Below the pieces are notes generated by a model that searched no databases, was not told where the DNA came from, and saw only the letters and a list, made by a program, of their open reading frames with translations. From positions 19,644-83,643 of the forward strand of contig JBBIRS010000009.1 of the NCBI GenBank assembly GCA_037441675.1: a DNA stretch of 64,000 bases, read 5' to 3'. This stretch comes from Planctomycetales bacterium (GTDB taxonomy: Bacteria > 4484-113). The stretch's first letter is position 1; each line of letters begins with the position of its first letter. The position numbers and the translations under genes were made by a program. Shown here one piece after another: positions 1 through 9,029 of this stretch.

Positions 1-45
1 GGCAATGGCATCTTTTATCTCTAGAAGTAAGTTTGTAAATTGCAT
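1..45 (-). CDS. 5' end of a gene running off the left edge; probable enoyl-CoA hydratase/crotonase family
   Basis: ATG at 45 with AGGAGG (52-57) upstream. Reads MQFTNLLLEIKDAIA, resembling crotonase-family N-termini. Only 15 codons are visible. Confidence 0.5.
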   Translation of the reverse strand, partial: MQFTNLLLEIKDAIA

Positions 46-244
46 CTTTTACCTCCTAAAAATGAAGTTCTATTTAGAATTAAAAGCCACTTCAGGCGTC
101 ATATACAATTATAGACCAATGGTAACGAGGCTCAATAAGTAATGTTTCAAGTAGATAAAATTTGGCTACCAGGCTTTACTGGCTATATAAAATATGACCT
201 TATCGCGATGGTGATTTTCTAGGAGAATGAGATAAAATTACCCT

Positions 245-880
245 ATGACTATTTTGAGATATTTTCTAGTTTTTACTTGGTCACTATTGACAGCGCTTAT
301 AGTTCTCATTTCAGGAGATTCTGCTGACGCAAGCAGTTGTTGTGAGAATAAGGGGCAAGGCTCTAAAGAGAAGGTTGAATTTAGCCCAGGCGCAGAAGTG
401 ACAATTCTGCTCCGAGCAATTATGCCTGAAGAATACGAGCTTGCGGGGGAGCCTTCACTTCTAATCACCCTAAACGAAGAAAAGCTGAAAAAGCTAGGAT
501 TATCAGCATCTGAGCTTGAATACATTTTCAACGATAAGGAGCTTATCTGGGATGTTCCGAAGGATTTTCAAGATAATGAAGCTTTGCCAGAGGACTACAT
601 CGAAAAAATCCGCAAGGAGAATCATTTTTTGAATGGTGAAGGATGGGAGCCTGCAAAGATTGAATTTACGATATCCGAGGAAGTGCCTGAACCACAAATA
701 GAGCTTCCCATAAACTTAACAATATTTTTCTGCAGTAAAGAAGAAGGATACTGCACGCGAAGAGATATTACAAGAAGCATTAGCTTGCAAGTGGGCAAGA
801 GTCCTGCATCAAGAAAATCGGGGATAGTCCTAATAGAAATTGAGCCGTCCTCTGAGGAACTGAAATTTGAGGAGGGTTAA
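245..880 (+). CDS. Exported hypothetical protein with CC and C-x6-C motifs (DsbD N-terminal-domain-like C-terminus)
   Basis: Hydrophobic signal peptide, then ASSCC. C-terminal LTIFFCSKEEGYC resembles the dithiol of Ig-like DsbD-N domains. Confidence 0.55.
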   Translation: MTILRYFLVFTWSLLTALIVLISGDSADASSCCENKGQGSKEKVEFSPGAEVTILLRAIMPEEYELAGEPSLLITLNEEKLKKLGLSASELEYIFNDKELIWDVPKDFQDNEALPEDYIEKIRKENHFLNGEGWEPAKIEFTISEEVPEPQIELPINLTIFFCSKEEGYCTRRDITRSISLQVGKSPASRKSGIVLIEIEPSSEELKFEEG

Positions 881-943
881 TAAACTCTTCTTATCCACAT
901 AAATCTTTGAGGTGAGGGCACTCAATCCCAAACTCAATGCGCA

Positions 944-1642
944 CTAGCGATAGAGATACGAAAGCTTGTTATGGTCTAGAGTGACTTTACCATCATCAAG
1001 AGCGATAGTTCGGGTGGTAAGCGAGGTTATTTGCTCGTTATGGGTGACAATTATCACCAATCTGTTATCTCCGGCAAGTTTTGATAAGAGAGCAATGACC
1101 GATAGCGCGTTAACGCTATCCAGATTTCCTGTTGGCTCATCCGCCAGGACAATTGGCGGATTGTTAACGATTGCGCGGGCTATAGCAACCCTTTGCTGTT
1201 CACCAGCTGACAGAGCTCCAGGTAGCCTCTTAGCCTTATCAATCATTCCAACGCTCTCAAGGGCTTTTTCTGCAAGCGCCTTTCGCCGAACGCCATTTCC
1301 CTTAGCTATGGCTAGGGGTAGCATCACGTTCTCTAAAGCGGTCAAATAAGGCAGAAGGTTAAAAGACTGAAAAACGAAGCCTACGTACTCACGCCTGAAA
1401 TTTGCTAGGCTTTCTGCGTCCATTTCTGTTAACTCCATACCGTCAACCTTGACCTTTCCAGTTGTTGGATGGATTAGCGCACCTAGAATGGATAAAAGCG
1501 TACTTTTACCTGCACCGGAAGGACCGATGATGGCTGCAAACTCTGAACGTTCAAAGGATAAACTCACGTTACTCAGCGCGGCTATCTTTCTATCACCATC
1601 CACAAATTCTCTGCCGACATCGTCAAGTTCAACAAATGGCAT
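944..1642 (-). CDS. ABC transporter ATP-binding protein (LolD/MacB family)
   Basis: Walker [46 protein letters not shown]. Confidence 0.95.
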   Translation of the reverse strand: MPFVELDDVGREFVDGDRKIAALSNVSLSFERSEFAAIIGPSGAGKSTLLSILGALIHPTTGKVKVDGMELTEMDAESLANFRREYVGFVFQSFNLLPYLTALENVMLPLAIAKGNGVRRKALAEKALESVGMIDKAKRLPGALSAGEQQRVAIARAIVNNPPIVLADEPTGNLDSVNALSVIALLSKLAGDNRLVIIVTHNEQITSLTTRTIALDDGKVTLDHNKLSYLYR

Positions 1643-1652
1643 AAATTTACTC

Positions 1653-2879
1653 CTAGATAGCCCTCAAAGCTTCTAACGGTTCAAGCCTGCCCGCTCGCAG
1701 GGAAGGATAAAACGCGCCCAAAACCCCAACTAGGACTGCCACGAAAAGAGAAATTGCCAGCGTTGCCAACGAAATTTGTATACTCGCATCCGCTGAGCCT
1801 ATGAGCCTCGGGACCACAATAATGCTTGCCAGATTGCCTACGAGATATCCAAAAATTCCACCTGCAATTGAAACTGTGAGCGTCTCCTTTATTATTATTT
1901 GAGATATTTGCATTTGCTTAAAGCCGATACAACGCAATATTCCGATCTCTCTAACACGCTCCGTGACGGAACCCATCACCGTGATAAAGACAAGAAGCGC
2001 ACCAATAACTAGTGCAACTAACGCAATGCCGGTAGCAAACTTCTGAAACTTTCCTAGAAATTCAAGGCGCTGACTCACCACGGACATTAAGGCAGAAGCT
2101 CTTCCATTTGGGAGGGCAGAGTTAATCTGCGTAACAATATCTTCAATTGGACAGCCCTTGCAGAGCGCGCTAACCTCGACGAGGCTTAGCTCCTCACCAA
2201 CCCCGAATATCTTTTGAGCCTGCCTCAGAGGAATAAAGACAGATTGGTCATCCTCGGTTCCCGTAGGTGCGAGAATGGTATTCACGGTAAACTCTTTGCC
2301 ATGAACCTTGAGAATCGTCTCAGGTTTTAATGATAGCTTCTCCGCAACAGCGTAACCTACAATGGCAGAATCCTCCGTTTTTGAAATTAGGAGGCTATCG
2401 TCGTCCGTGCGTCTAAAATGCTTCCCGTATTGATGCTCGCGACCGCCATCGGCCTCAATGAGAGGTCCCCACCATTTCTTCATCTCAAGCTCCTTTACAA
2501 AGTCAACGCCAACAACTCGCGTGTCATAACCATTAAGCTCTACCATTCGGACTAACTTGGGCGCAGTAATGGCAATGTTCTTTGCATTCTTTATATCTTT
2601 TAACTTCTCTAAGTCGCCAATGGTAAGCTTGGAGTGAGTCATGGCAATACTGCTGAGATTTATTCCTTCATAGGCAATGGAGTACGATTCAGATTTGGGC
2701 GTAATTATTATGTTTGGTCCATAGCGATCGAGCATATCCTGAAGGCTTTGACCCACTGCGCGGGAAACAGTAATTACAAGCGTAAAAGTAGCAATTCCAA
2801 CCGATAATCCAAGCGCCAGAAAGATGAACCTGCCTTTCCTTCTCTTTAGATTACAGAATACTAAGTTGTTAATCGTCAT
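1653..2879 (-). CDS. ABC transporter permease, MacB/FtsX family, with an extracytoplasmic CxxC
   Basis: One TM, large periplasmic domain, three C-terminal TMs; ERVREIGILRCIG and P..RAGRLEPLEALR motifs; ALCKGCP. Confidence 0.92.
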   Translation of the reverse strand: MTINNLVFCNLKRRKGRFIFLALGLSVGIATFTLVITVSRAVGQSLQDMLDRYGPNIIITPKSESYSIAYEGINLSSIAMTHSKLTIGDLEKLKDIKNAKNIAITAPKLVRMVELNGYDTRVVGVDFVKELEMKKWWGPLIEADGGREHQYGKHFRRTDDDSLLISKTEDSAIVGYAVAEKLSLKPETILKVHGKEFTVNTILAPTGTEDDQSVFIPLRQAQKIFGVGEELSLVEVSALCKGCPIEDIVTQINSALPNGRASALMSVVSQRLEFLGKFQKFATGIALVALVIGALLVFITVMGSVTERVREIGILRCIGFKQMQISQIIIKETLTVSIAGGIFGYLVGNLASIIVVPRLIGSADASIQISLATLAISLFVAVLVGVLGAFYPSLRAGRLEPLEALRAI

Positions 2880-2888
2880 AGTATCTCC

Positions 2889-3590
2889 CTAGAAGTAGAC
2901 AATCCCTTGGGAAAGGTTCTGAGAATTTATAACAAGCTCTTTTCCGTCTATAAACCTCTCAATTGGAACTGGATTGCAACCACCTTGAATGACATTTATA
3001 TAGATGGAAGGAAATCGCTGGCCACACTTGTTGCACACCATCTCATTACCTTCCTGATGGTATCCAAGCTTTGCCCAGTAGCAGATATCACAGGCATCAA
3101 GGGCAGAGCGATAAACCCCCTCAGTGTCCTTTAGAACGAAGAATCTGATCTCCTTGTTCCCCGCTGAAACCGTGTAAAAGCTTGCGGTCTCTGTTATACT
3201 ACTAAGTGGAATACGGACGCCCACCGCGCTTCCCTCTGACGAGCTTTGCGAACTTGAAGTATTAGTTGACGAGGAACTAAGAGGTTGAGATTTACTGAGA
3301 GTGGATAAGTCTATCTGAGAAGAGCTTGCCACCGGTGTTAAGCTTCCCTCAGGAAGAGTAATCCTGCTTGCAGGCTCAGGCTTTCTCTCGGTTGATCTTG
3401 TCAGCCTACCGGCAACGAGAAAGATAACGATTGCAACTATTCCCAAACTGATAGCAAAGAATAAAACCTCTTTGGGCAGCTCTCTTCTGTTGGAACTTTC
3501 TAGAACTAACTGTTTCTTGATTGCCAATATATCCTCTTCCGATAGCCTGCTAAGAATGTCATCCCGCTTTTTCTTCTTGCCCTTTGACAA
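2889..3590 (-). CDS. Membrane-anchored DUF2318-family (Cys-rich, predicted metal/Fe-S binding) protein
   Basis: Single TM, Ser-rich linker, DACDIC...GY.Q.G..MVCNKCG..F.......GGCNPVPI signature. Confidence 0.85.
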   Translation of the reverse strand: MSKGKKKKRDDILSRLSEEDILAIKKQLVLESSNRRELPKEVLFFAISLGIVAIVIFLVAGRLTRSTERKPEPASRITLPEGSLTPVASSSQIDLSTLSKSQPLSSSSTNTSSSQSSSEGSAVGVRIPLSSITETASFYTVSAGNKEIRFFVLKDTEGVYRSALDACDICYWAKLGYHQEGNEMVCNKCGQRFPSIYINVIQGGCNPVPIERFIDGKELVINSQNLSQGIVYF

Positions 3591-3633
3591 GTTAGTCCTC
3601 CAAAGAATTTGATATTCTTAAACAACTAAGTAA

Positions 3634-3652
3634 CTACTATATATTATAGTAG
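3634..3652. promoter_or_regulatory. Perfect 8-3-8 inverted repeat, putative operator of the DUF2318-ABC operon
   Basis: CTACTATA-TAT-TATAGTAG just downstream of the predicted transcription start. Confidence 0.5.
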
Positions 3653-3661
3653 ATAGTTCGT

Positions 3662-3689
3662 ATTATATTACTTTGAAATTAAATGTCAA
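3662..3689 (-). promoter_or_regulatory. Sigma70-type promoter for the DUF2318-ABC operon
   Basis: Minus strand TTGACA-16 nt-TATAAT, both hexamers consensus. Confidence 0.75.
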
Positions 3690-3769
3690 GCCAAAAAGGC
3701 AGTGTTACATTTATCGGCAGGTTTGCTTGAAGTAATTACGCAGGATAAATCATTGTGCTCGTCCTGAGA

Positions 3770-5809
3770 TTAGCCCTTAGTTCCCATAAAGCGTAGGAGT
3801 TTGATCGAATTCAGGATAACGAGCAAGGTAAGTCCATCATCACCTATAACCGCTATCCAAAGGCTCTTTACACCCATATAGGCGAGAATAAGAGCGATAA
3901 TCGCAAATCCAAACTTACCGATTAGAGCGATGGCGGTATTAACTCTTATGGTTTTTACCGCAAGCTTGCCTAACTTAAAGACTTTCGGAATATCAAAGAG
4001 GTCTTCACTTGCAACAACAACATCCGCGCCTTCAAGAACCATATCATTGCCAACGGTATTCATAGCAATACCAACATCTGCACCCGCAAGTACTGCGGAA
4101 TCGTTAATCCCGTCACCGACCATTGCAATCGCTCCGTGCTTCTGTCTCATCTCCCTTAGCAGAGTTAGCTTCTCCTCGGGCGTTAGCTCAGCGTAGATAT
4201 CGGTGATTCCGATGGTACTGGCGAGCTTTTCCACGTTTTCTCTCCTATCACCCGAAAGTAGTGCGACCTGTCCTATTCCAAGTTCCGCAAAGCTTTGTTT
4301 GATCTCTCTCGCACCTTCTCTCAACTTCTCCTCAAAGAAAAAAAGTGCAACGGGTTTATCCTCTAGAATCATTACCACATGCGCCTTCTGCCTAATTCCT
4401 TCGGTTTGACTTTCTAGTTTATCTTCAATGTAGCTATGATGACCATTAACAAAATCAAGGCTACCGATGCAAATGTGCTTCTTGTTAACCAACCCCTCAA
4501 CTCCTCCGCCAACCTGATTATGAACCTCCTCCACCTGCGTGCCGTTTACCTCAAATCTATTGCGAATTGCGTATGTCCTCAGAGCTTTGGCGATTGGGTG
4601 ATTGGAGCTTTGTTCAAGTTGAAGAGCGTAGGATAAGACCTCTTTCTCGGGAATATCCCCAATCAGGGTAATAGAACTTAGTGAAATTTCCGGTTGGGTT
4701 AGCGTTCCAGTCTTGTCAAGGGCAAGAGCCTTTACTATGTTAAGTCTTTCCAAGACAGAGCTACCTCGGATAAGAATCCCCCTCTTGCTTGAACCAGCCA
4801 TCGCGGATGCGGTTGCCACAGGGGTGGATAGGATAAACGCGCAGGGACATGAAACGACCACAAAAACTAGCGCTGAATAGAAAGCCTTCTCCGCGCTCCA
4901 TCCTAAAACCGCATAAGCACCTAGAAAGAAAAGAATTGCGATTACCACCACCAATGGAGAGTAGTAGCGAGAAAATCGTTCAAAGAAACGTTCGTAACTA
5001 CCCTTTTCTTTAAGAGCCTGCGCGATAGCCTGATAGAGTCTACTAACCGTTGATGCCTCGTACGTTGTCTCCGCAAGAATCTTTAGAAAGCCGTCAAGGT
5101 TAACGGAACCTGCAAGCACCCGCGAATCAACACCTACAATCTCCGGGTAGAATTCACCCTTCACCGATGAGACATCAAGACTAGCCCCTCCTTCCTTCAC
5201 GACGCCGTCAATGGGCACAACTTCTCCCGCCCTAACCAACACCAAATCGCCCTTTCTTATTTCCTCAACTGGAATCATCAATTCCATCGCATTCCTAATG
5301 ATGCACACCTGTTTGGGAAGTTCGTTATAAAGCTTGAACAGGCTTTCTCTAACCCTCTTTCCTGCCGCTTCTTCAAGCCATTCTCCAAGAGTCATAAGGA
5401 TGAGTATTGCCGCACCCTCCGCGTAGGAGCCAAGAATAAATGCGGATGCCCCAGCACTAACCATTAAAAATGGGTATGAAAGAGTTAGCTTTCTAAGCCC
5501 CTTCACCGCAGAAATAAAGAGATAGTATCCCGAAAAGACGTAGGCTAAGAAATAAAGGGAAATTGAAATTCTTGCAACAGACTCCGGAGAAGATACGAAA
5601 AAGCCAGCCTCCTGAACTATTACACCAAGAAGGAAAATAACTAAGCCAATCAGCGCAGTACCAAGCCTTGGCGTGTAATACCTGCGAAACCTATTTAGTA
5701 GATTAATAAACCCATAAGGAGCTAAAGAGCTTAACCCAGGCTCAGTGATATGACCTTTGCGAAGAACCCCAATTATCACAACAGAAATCACTCTTATCAT
5801 TCGTTGCAT
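3770..5809 (-). CDS. cadA: Heavy-metal translocating P1B-2-type ATPase (Zn/Cd/Pb; CadA/ZntA family)
   Basis: SCPC, DKTGTLT, HP, GDGIND, Lys and DG in the last TMs. No N-terminal CxxC domain. TGE appears as KGE. Start uncertain. Confidence 0.85.
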   Translation of the reverse strand: MQRMIRVISVVIIGVLRKGHITEPGLSSLAPYGFINLLNRFRRYYTPRLGTALIGLVIFLLGVIVQEAGFFVSSPESVARISISLYFLAYVFSGYYLFISAVKGLRKLTLSYPFLMVSAGASAFILGSYAEGAAILILMTLGEWLEEAAGKRVRESLFKLYNELPKQVCIIRNAMELMIPVEEIRKGDLVLVRAGEVVPIDGVVKEGGASLDVSSVKGEFYPEIVGVDSRVLAGSVNLDGFLKILAETTYEASTVSRLYQAIAQALKEKGSYERFFERFSRYYSPLVVVIAILFFLGAYAVLGWSAEKAFYSALVFVVVSCPCAFILSTPVATASAMAGSSKRGILIRGSSVLERLNIVKALALDKTGTLTQPEISLSSITLIGDIPEKEVLSYALQLEQSSNHPIAKALRTYAIRNRFEVNGTQVEEVHNQVGGGVEGLVNKKHICIGSLDFVNGHHSYIEDKLESQTEGIRQKAHVVMILEDKPVALFFFEEKLREGAREIKQSFAELGIGQVALLSGDRRENVEKLASTIGITDIYAELTPEEKLTLLREMRQKHGAIAMVGDGINDSAVLAGADVGIAMNTVGNDMVLEGADVVVASEDLFDIPKVFKLGKLAVKTIRVNTAIALIGKFGFAIIALILAYMGVKSLWIAVIGDDGLTLLVILNSIKLLRFMGTKG

Positions 5810-5900
5810 CCACCTTGTCGATCACCAATTCTTTTTGGTTTTTAGAGAGAGATGAAACTAGCAAACTTAATTATCAATACCACTTCAAAATATGAGCATT

Positions 5901-5914
5901 TGAGCAAATATTCA
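5901..5914. promoter_or_regulatory. ArsR/SmtB-type operator core upstream of the P1B ATPase
   Basis: TGAGCA-AA-TATTCA fits the SmtB/CadC 6-2-6 core TGAaca-nn-tgtTCA; an extra TGAGCA half-site at 5893-5898. Confidence 0.6.
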
Positions 5915-5923
5915 ATCAAGATA

Positions 5924-5952
5924 ATACTACCATAACTAATTGATGCTGTCAA
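5924..5952 (-). promoter_or_regulatory. Sigma70-type promoter for the P1B ATPase
   Basis: Minus strand TTGACA-17 nt-TAGTAT with an extended -10 TG. Confidence 0.65.
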
Positions 5953-6095
5953 CAGAGAAAATCAATGAAAATTTACTGGAAATAGGCGCAATTCAAATAA
6001 GAATAGGATATATTTAACTTTCTCAACAGCTATGGGTTATTGCACTTTACTGTTGGGGGTTGCAATGAGTAAATTGGGAGTCGGTAAAGTTCAGC

Positions 6096-6572
6096 TTAGT
6101 CCCCGAAGTGCTCCATTCCCGCATTGGAAGCTCCTGCCTCTTTTGCCTCCTCTTCCTCTGGTGATTTCTTACCGGTGGTTTTTTCATAGAGGTAGAAATA
6201 TATTTCCCTAGAGATTGATGCGTTCAAATATGCTTGCGGCTTCTTCATCATTCTAAGAATGACAGGCTTCCACTCCTCTCCAACGTACTTCCCGATACCC
6301 TTTTCAGGCTCGTGACATTGCCCGCACTTTCCAAGCCAAAGCTCCTCTCTGGTCGTCGCAGTGCTAGCCCAATCAGCTCCTCGCTTTTCCTTGGGCTTCA
6401 CAGGTTCAAGAAGGTTAAAATCGTCTGCGCTATTGCCCCTTGAGTTTTCAACTCTACCTGGACAGCCTGACAGAAAGAGAAAAAGGGTGAAGGCTAGAAC
6501 GAGCACCAGCGCGGTTGAAAACTTTCTTCGCATAGTTGGATAGCTAAAAATTTTCAGGCCCTTTACCACCAA
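6096..6572 (-). CDS. Lipoprotein monoheme cytochrome c (likely start ATG at 6533)
   Basis: MRRKFS..., hydrophobic stretch, LSGC lipobox; CGQCH heme motif; W...ILRMM provides a candidate Met ligand. Confidence 0.75.
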   Translation of the reverse strand: MVVKGLKIFSYPTMRRKFSTALVLVLAFTLFLFLSGCPGRVENSRGNSADDFNLLEPVKPKEKRGADWASTATTREELWLGKCGQCHEPEKGIGKYVGEEWKPVILRMMKKPQAYLNASISREIYFYLYEKTTGKKSPEEEEAKEAGASNAGMEHFGD

Positions 6573-6659
6573 GCTTAATATACCACCACTTCTTTTTTGT
6601 TGATGTAAAGCGGTGGGAACTTGCGCATAAGTTCATAGTTTTACAACTGAAGAGTGGGG

Positions 6660-8357
6660 TTAGATCATCAGCAACTTATGCGCTTTGGGTGGAAACTCGC
6701 AGGCATCTATTATCCTTTCAACAACTTCTTCTCCATAGGTAAACAAAAAATATAGCCCGCCAAGCGTCCTCTCCTGCAATTTCCCCTCAGGCATCAAAAG
6801 CGCGTAGACACTTTTTATCTGCTGTACTATGATTCCATTTCTCTCCTTGATGGATCTAACCACCTTCTTCTCAATTTTCCCCAAGTACTTGTAAAAACTC
6901 TCAATCAGATTTTCAATTGTCTTTTCTAATGTTGCGTCCAGCTTTCCAATCTCAGCTTTCAAATCAATACTATGATTGAGGAAAAGTTTTCTCAATTCTG
7001 TAATCCGCTCAGAAATCATCGGTGGAATAAATTCTGCTAGTATCCGCGATAGTTGGGCTTGCTCTGGCTCCATAAGCGAGAGAAGATGTAAAGAGTATTT
7101 ATCAAGGATCCTGCGAGTATGAGCGGAAACAAGCGTAAATGAAGGGCGAGGCAAAAGAAGCGGTCGGGCAATCTTATGAAGCCCAAACAGCGGATAAATC
7201 TGCGCCCAGTAAGCCACCTCCGAAGGGCCACCGATATAGCAGACCGCTGGAATGAGTGTTTGTTGGTAAAGCGGTCTCAAGACAACGTTGAAGCTAATTC
7301 GCGCAGGCTCTTCCTCCGCAATTCTCTTTAGCTCCATAAACGAGAACCGCTCGTGCTTCTCATTTTCGCGTTTGGTTGCCTTAAAGTGAAAGGTATCATC
7401 TTCAGCTAATAGCTTTCGCCTAACGCCACTTTCGTCCAGTAGGAAGAGATTTGTTTCATTTTTGTCCAGTTTCAATTGGGGAGCAAATCCCATTCTTTTA
7501 AGCGCAATCGTGGCGCGAGTAAGTTCGTCTCGCTGTTCTCGCCATTTCTCGGCAGATTCTATATACAATGAATCCGCAATGCTTTTGGCTTGCGCATCAC
7601 CTGCATCAGTGAAGAGAAGTCCGCTCCTTCTAAAAATCTGCGCAAATAGATTTATAAAGGCTTGTGTAAAAGTCTTCTCAGGAGAGTAAGAGTTTTTCAC
7701 AACATCAAGAAAATCAGCGGAGCTACTCGCCAATTCCGCCGACGCCTTTTTCACTATCTCTTCGTTTTCCTTGCCAATTTTAATAGAGGAAAGTTCAAAG
7801 CCAATCGTTTTAAAGGGTTGAATGGCGGAGACCTTCGTTAAGGTATTATTTGAGCCGATGTAAAAGAAGTCTTTTACTTCCTCAAAATCATGGTCAAGTC
7901 CGCCTGCCCAAAGAAGTGGAATAAAGTTGAATTCTTTTATCGCATCGTTTAGCTTCTTAGCTAGAGCAACCGCGGAACATGTCTTAATTAGGGTGAGTAG
8001 AGGACCACCGAGAAAACCTACCTGCTGGCCCGTCACGATAAAGAAGGAGTTGGGTTGCACGGCAAGATCCAGGTTTTTCTTGACCTCTTCCTGTTCGGCT
8101 AGAGGGTGATTTTTTCTTAGAATATCCACCAATTTCTTGCGCCTACTAGGAGTTGAAGAAAAGCTCGCGCCAATAAACTCGCAGGTTTCTCTAATCCTAG
8201 TGGCTAAGGGGTTTATGTCGGGATAAAAATTCTTAGCAATCCCACTACCCTCAGCGAGCGCAGTAAACAGCGGGTTAAACTTTAGCTCAGAAAATGAATA
8301 CTCTTCTCTCATAATAGGGTATTTGTATAGTTGGAAAAAGATTTTTATTTCCAACAA
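6660..8357 (-). CDS. bshC: Bacillithiol biosynthesis cysteine-adding enzyme BshC (likely start ATG at 8312)
   Basis: VTGQQ.GF.GGPL.T..K, DHDFEE, NVVLRPLYQ, YIGGPSEVAYWAQ, LQER. Confidence 0.92.
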   Translation of the reverse strand: MLEIKIFFQLYKYPIMREEYSFSELKFNPLFTALAEGSGIAKNFYPDINPLATRIRETCEFIGASFSSTPSRRKKLVDILRKNHPLAEQEEVKKNLDLAVQPNSFFIVTGQQVGFLGGPLLTLIKTCSAVALAKKLNDAIKEFNFIPLLWAGGLDHDFEEVKDFFYIGSNNTLTKVSAIQPFKTIGFELSSIKIGKENEEIVKKASAELASSSADFLDVVKNSYSPEKTFTQAFINLFAQIFRRSGLLFTDAGDAQAKSIADSLYIESAEKWREQRDELTRATIALKRMGFAPQLKLDKNETNLFLLDESGVRRKLLAEDDTFHFKATKRENEKHERFSFMELKRIAEEEPARISFNVVLRPLYQQTLIPAVCYIGGPSEVAYWAQIYPLFGLHKIARPLLLPRPSFTLVSAHTRRILDKYSLHLLSLMEPEQAQLSRILAEFIPPMISERITELRKLFLNHSIDLKAEIGKLDATLEKTIENLIESFYKYLGKIEKKVVRSIKERNGIIVQQIKSVYALLMPEGKLQERTLGGLYFLFTYGEEVVERIIDACEFPPKAHKLLMI

Positions 8358-8401
8358 ACTTCTAGATTATTAAAGAGAGCTTGCTTACCTAAAAATATAG
8401 T

Positions 8402-9028
8402 TTACTCTCCCCATCTTTTAAGCAGATGATGGGTAAGCCCAAGCTTATCTAATATCCTGCCAACCCAAAATGTTAGTTCATCCTCCAAGGTTTTTGGCTC
8501 GTGGTAGTAGGTAATAACAGGCGGAATGACGATAGCCCCTGCCTCTGTTAGGGTAATCAAATTCTTCAAAAGAATGAGGGACATAGGCGATTCTCTTACC
8601 ACAAGGATTAGAGTTCTTCTCTCCTTCAGTGAAACATCAGCACACCTAGCGATTAGGTCTTCACCGCTGCCACTAGCTATTCTTCCACACATCCCAGCAC
8701 TTGCGGGGCAAATCACCATTGCTTCCCAGAGATTGCTACCTGATGCTGGCGGAGCAAAGAGATTCGAAGGCTCGTATTGGTTAACCTTCGCTTTAATACT
8801 CTCACCAATCTCTTTAAGTCTAGGCTCTGCAAACTCAATCATTTTGTCTTTAGTCGCCTTTACTCCGGTTTCCATTTGAAACAGCTGAGAACCGGTTTCC
8901 GTGAAAACTAGATTTAACGTTACTGGATAGGGCAAGAGGTAGGTAAAGAGTCTAAGAGCTAGTGGTGAACCACTTGCCCCGGTAATACCAAGGACGAGTG
9001 AGTTTGGAACATTGGAAGAGTAAGGCAC
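8402..9028 (-). CDS. ubiX: Flavin prenyltransferase UbiX
   Basis: GITGASG, PPASGS, RCADVSLKERR.LILVVRESP. Confidence 0.93.
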   Translation of the reverse strand: MPYSSNVPNSLVLGITGASGSPLALRLFTYLLPYPVTLNLVFTETGSQLFQMETGVKATKDKMIEFAEPRLKEIGESIKAKVNQYEPSNLFAPPASGSNLWEAMVICPASAGMCGRIASGSGEDLIARCADVSLKERRTLILVVRESPMSLILLKNLITLTEAGAIVIPPVITYYHEPKTLEDELTFWVGRILDKLGLTHHLLKRWGE

Positions 9029-9029
9029 G

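Noticed and set aside
891..899. Perfect DnaA box TTATCCACA
   Set aside because: Single copy between convergent genes, with no box cluster, unwinding element or dnaA nearby; expected by chance.
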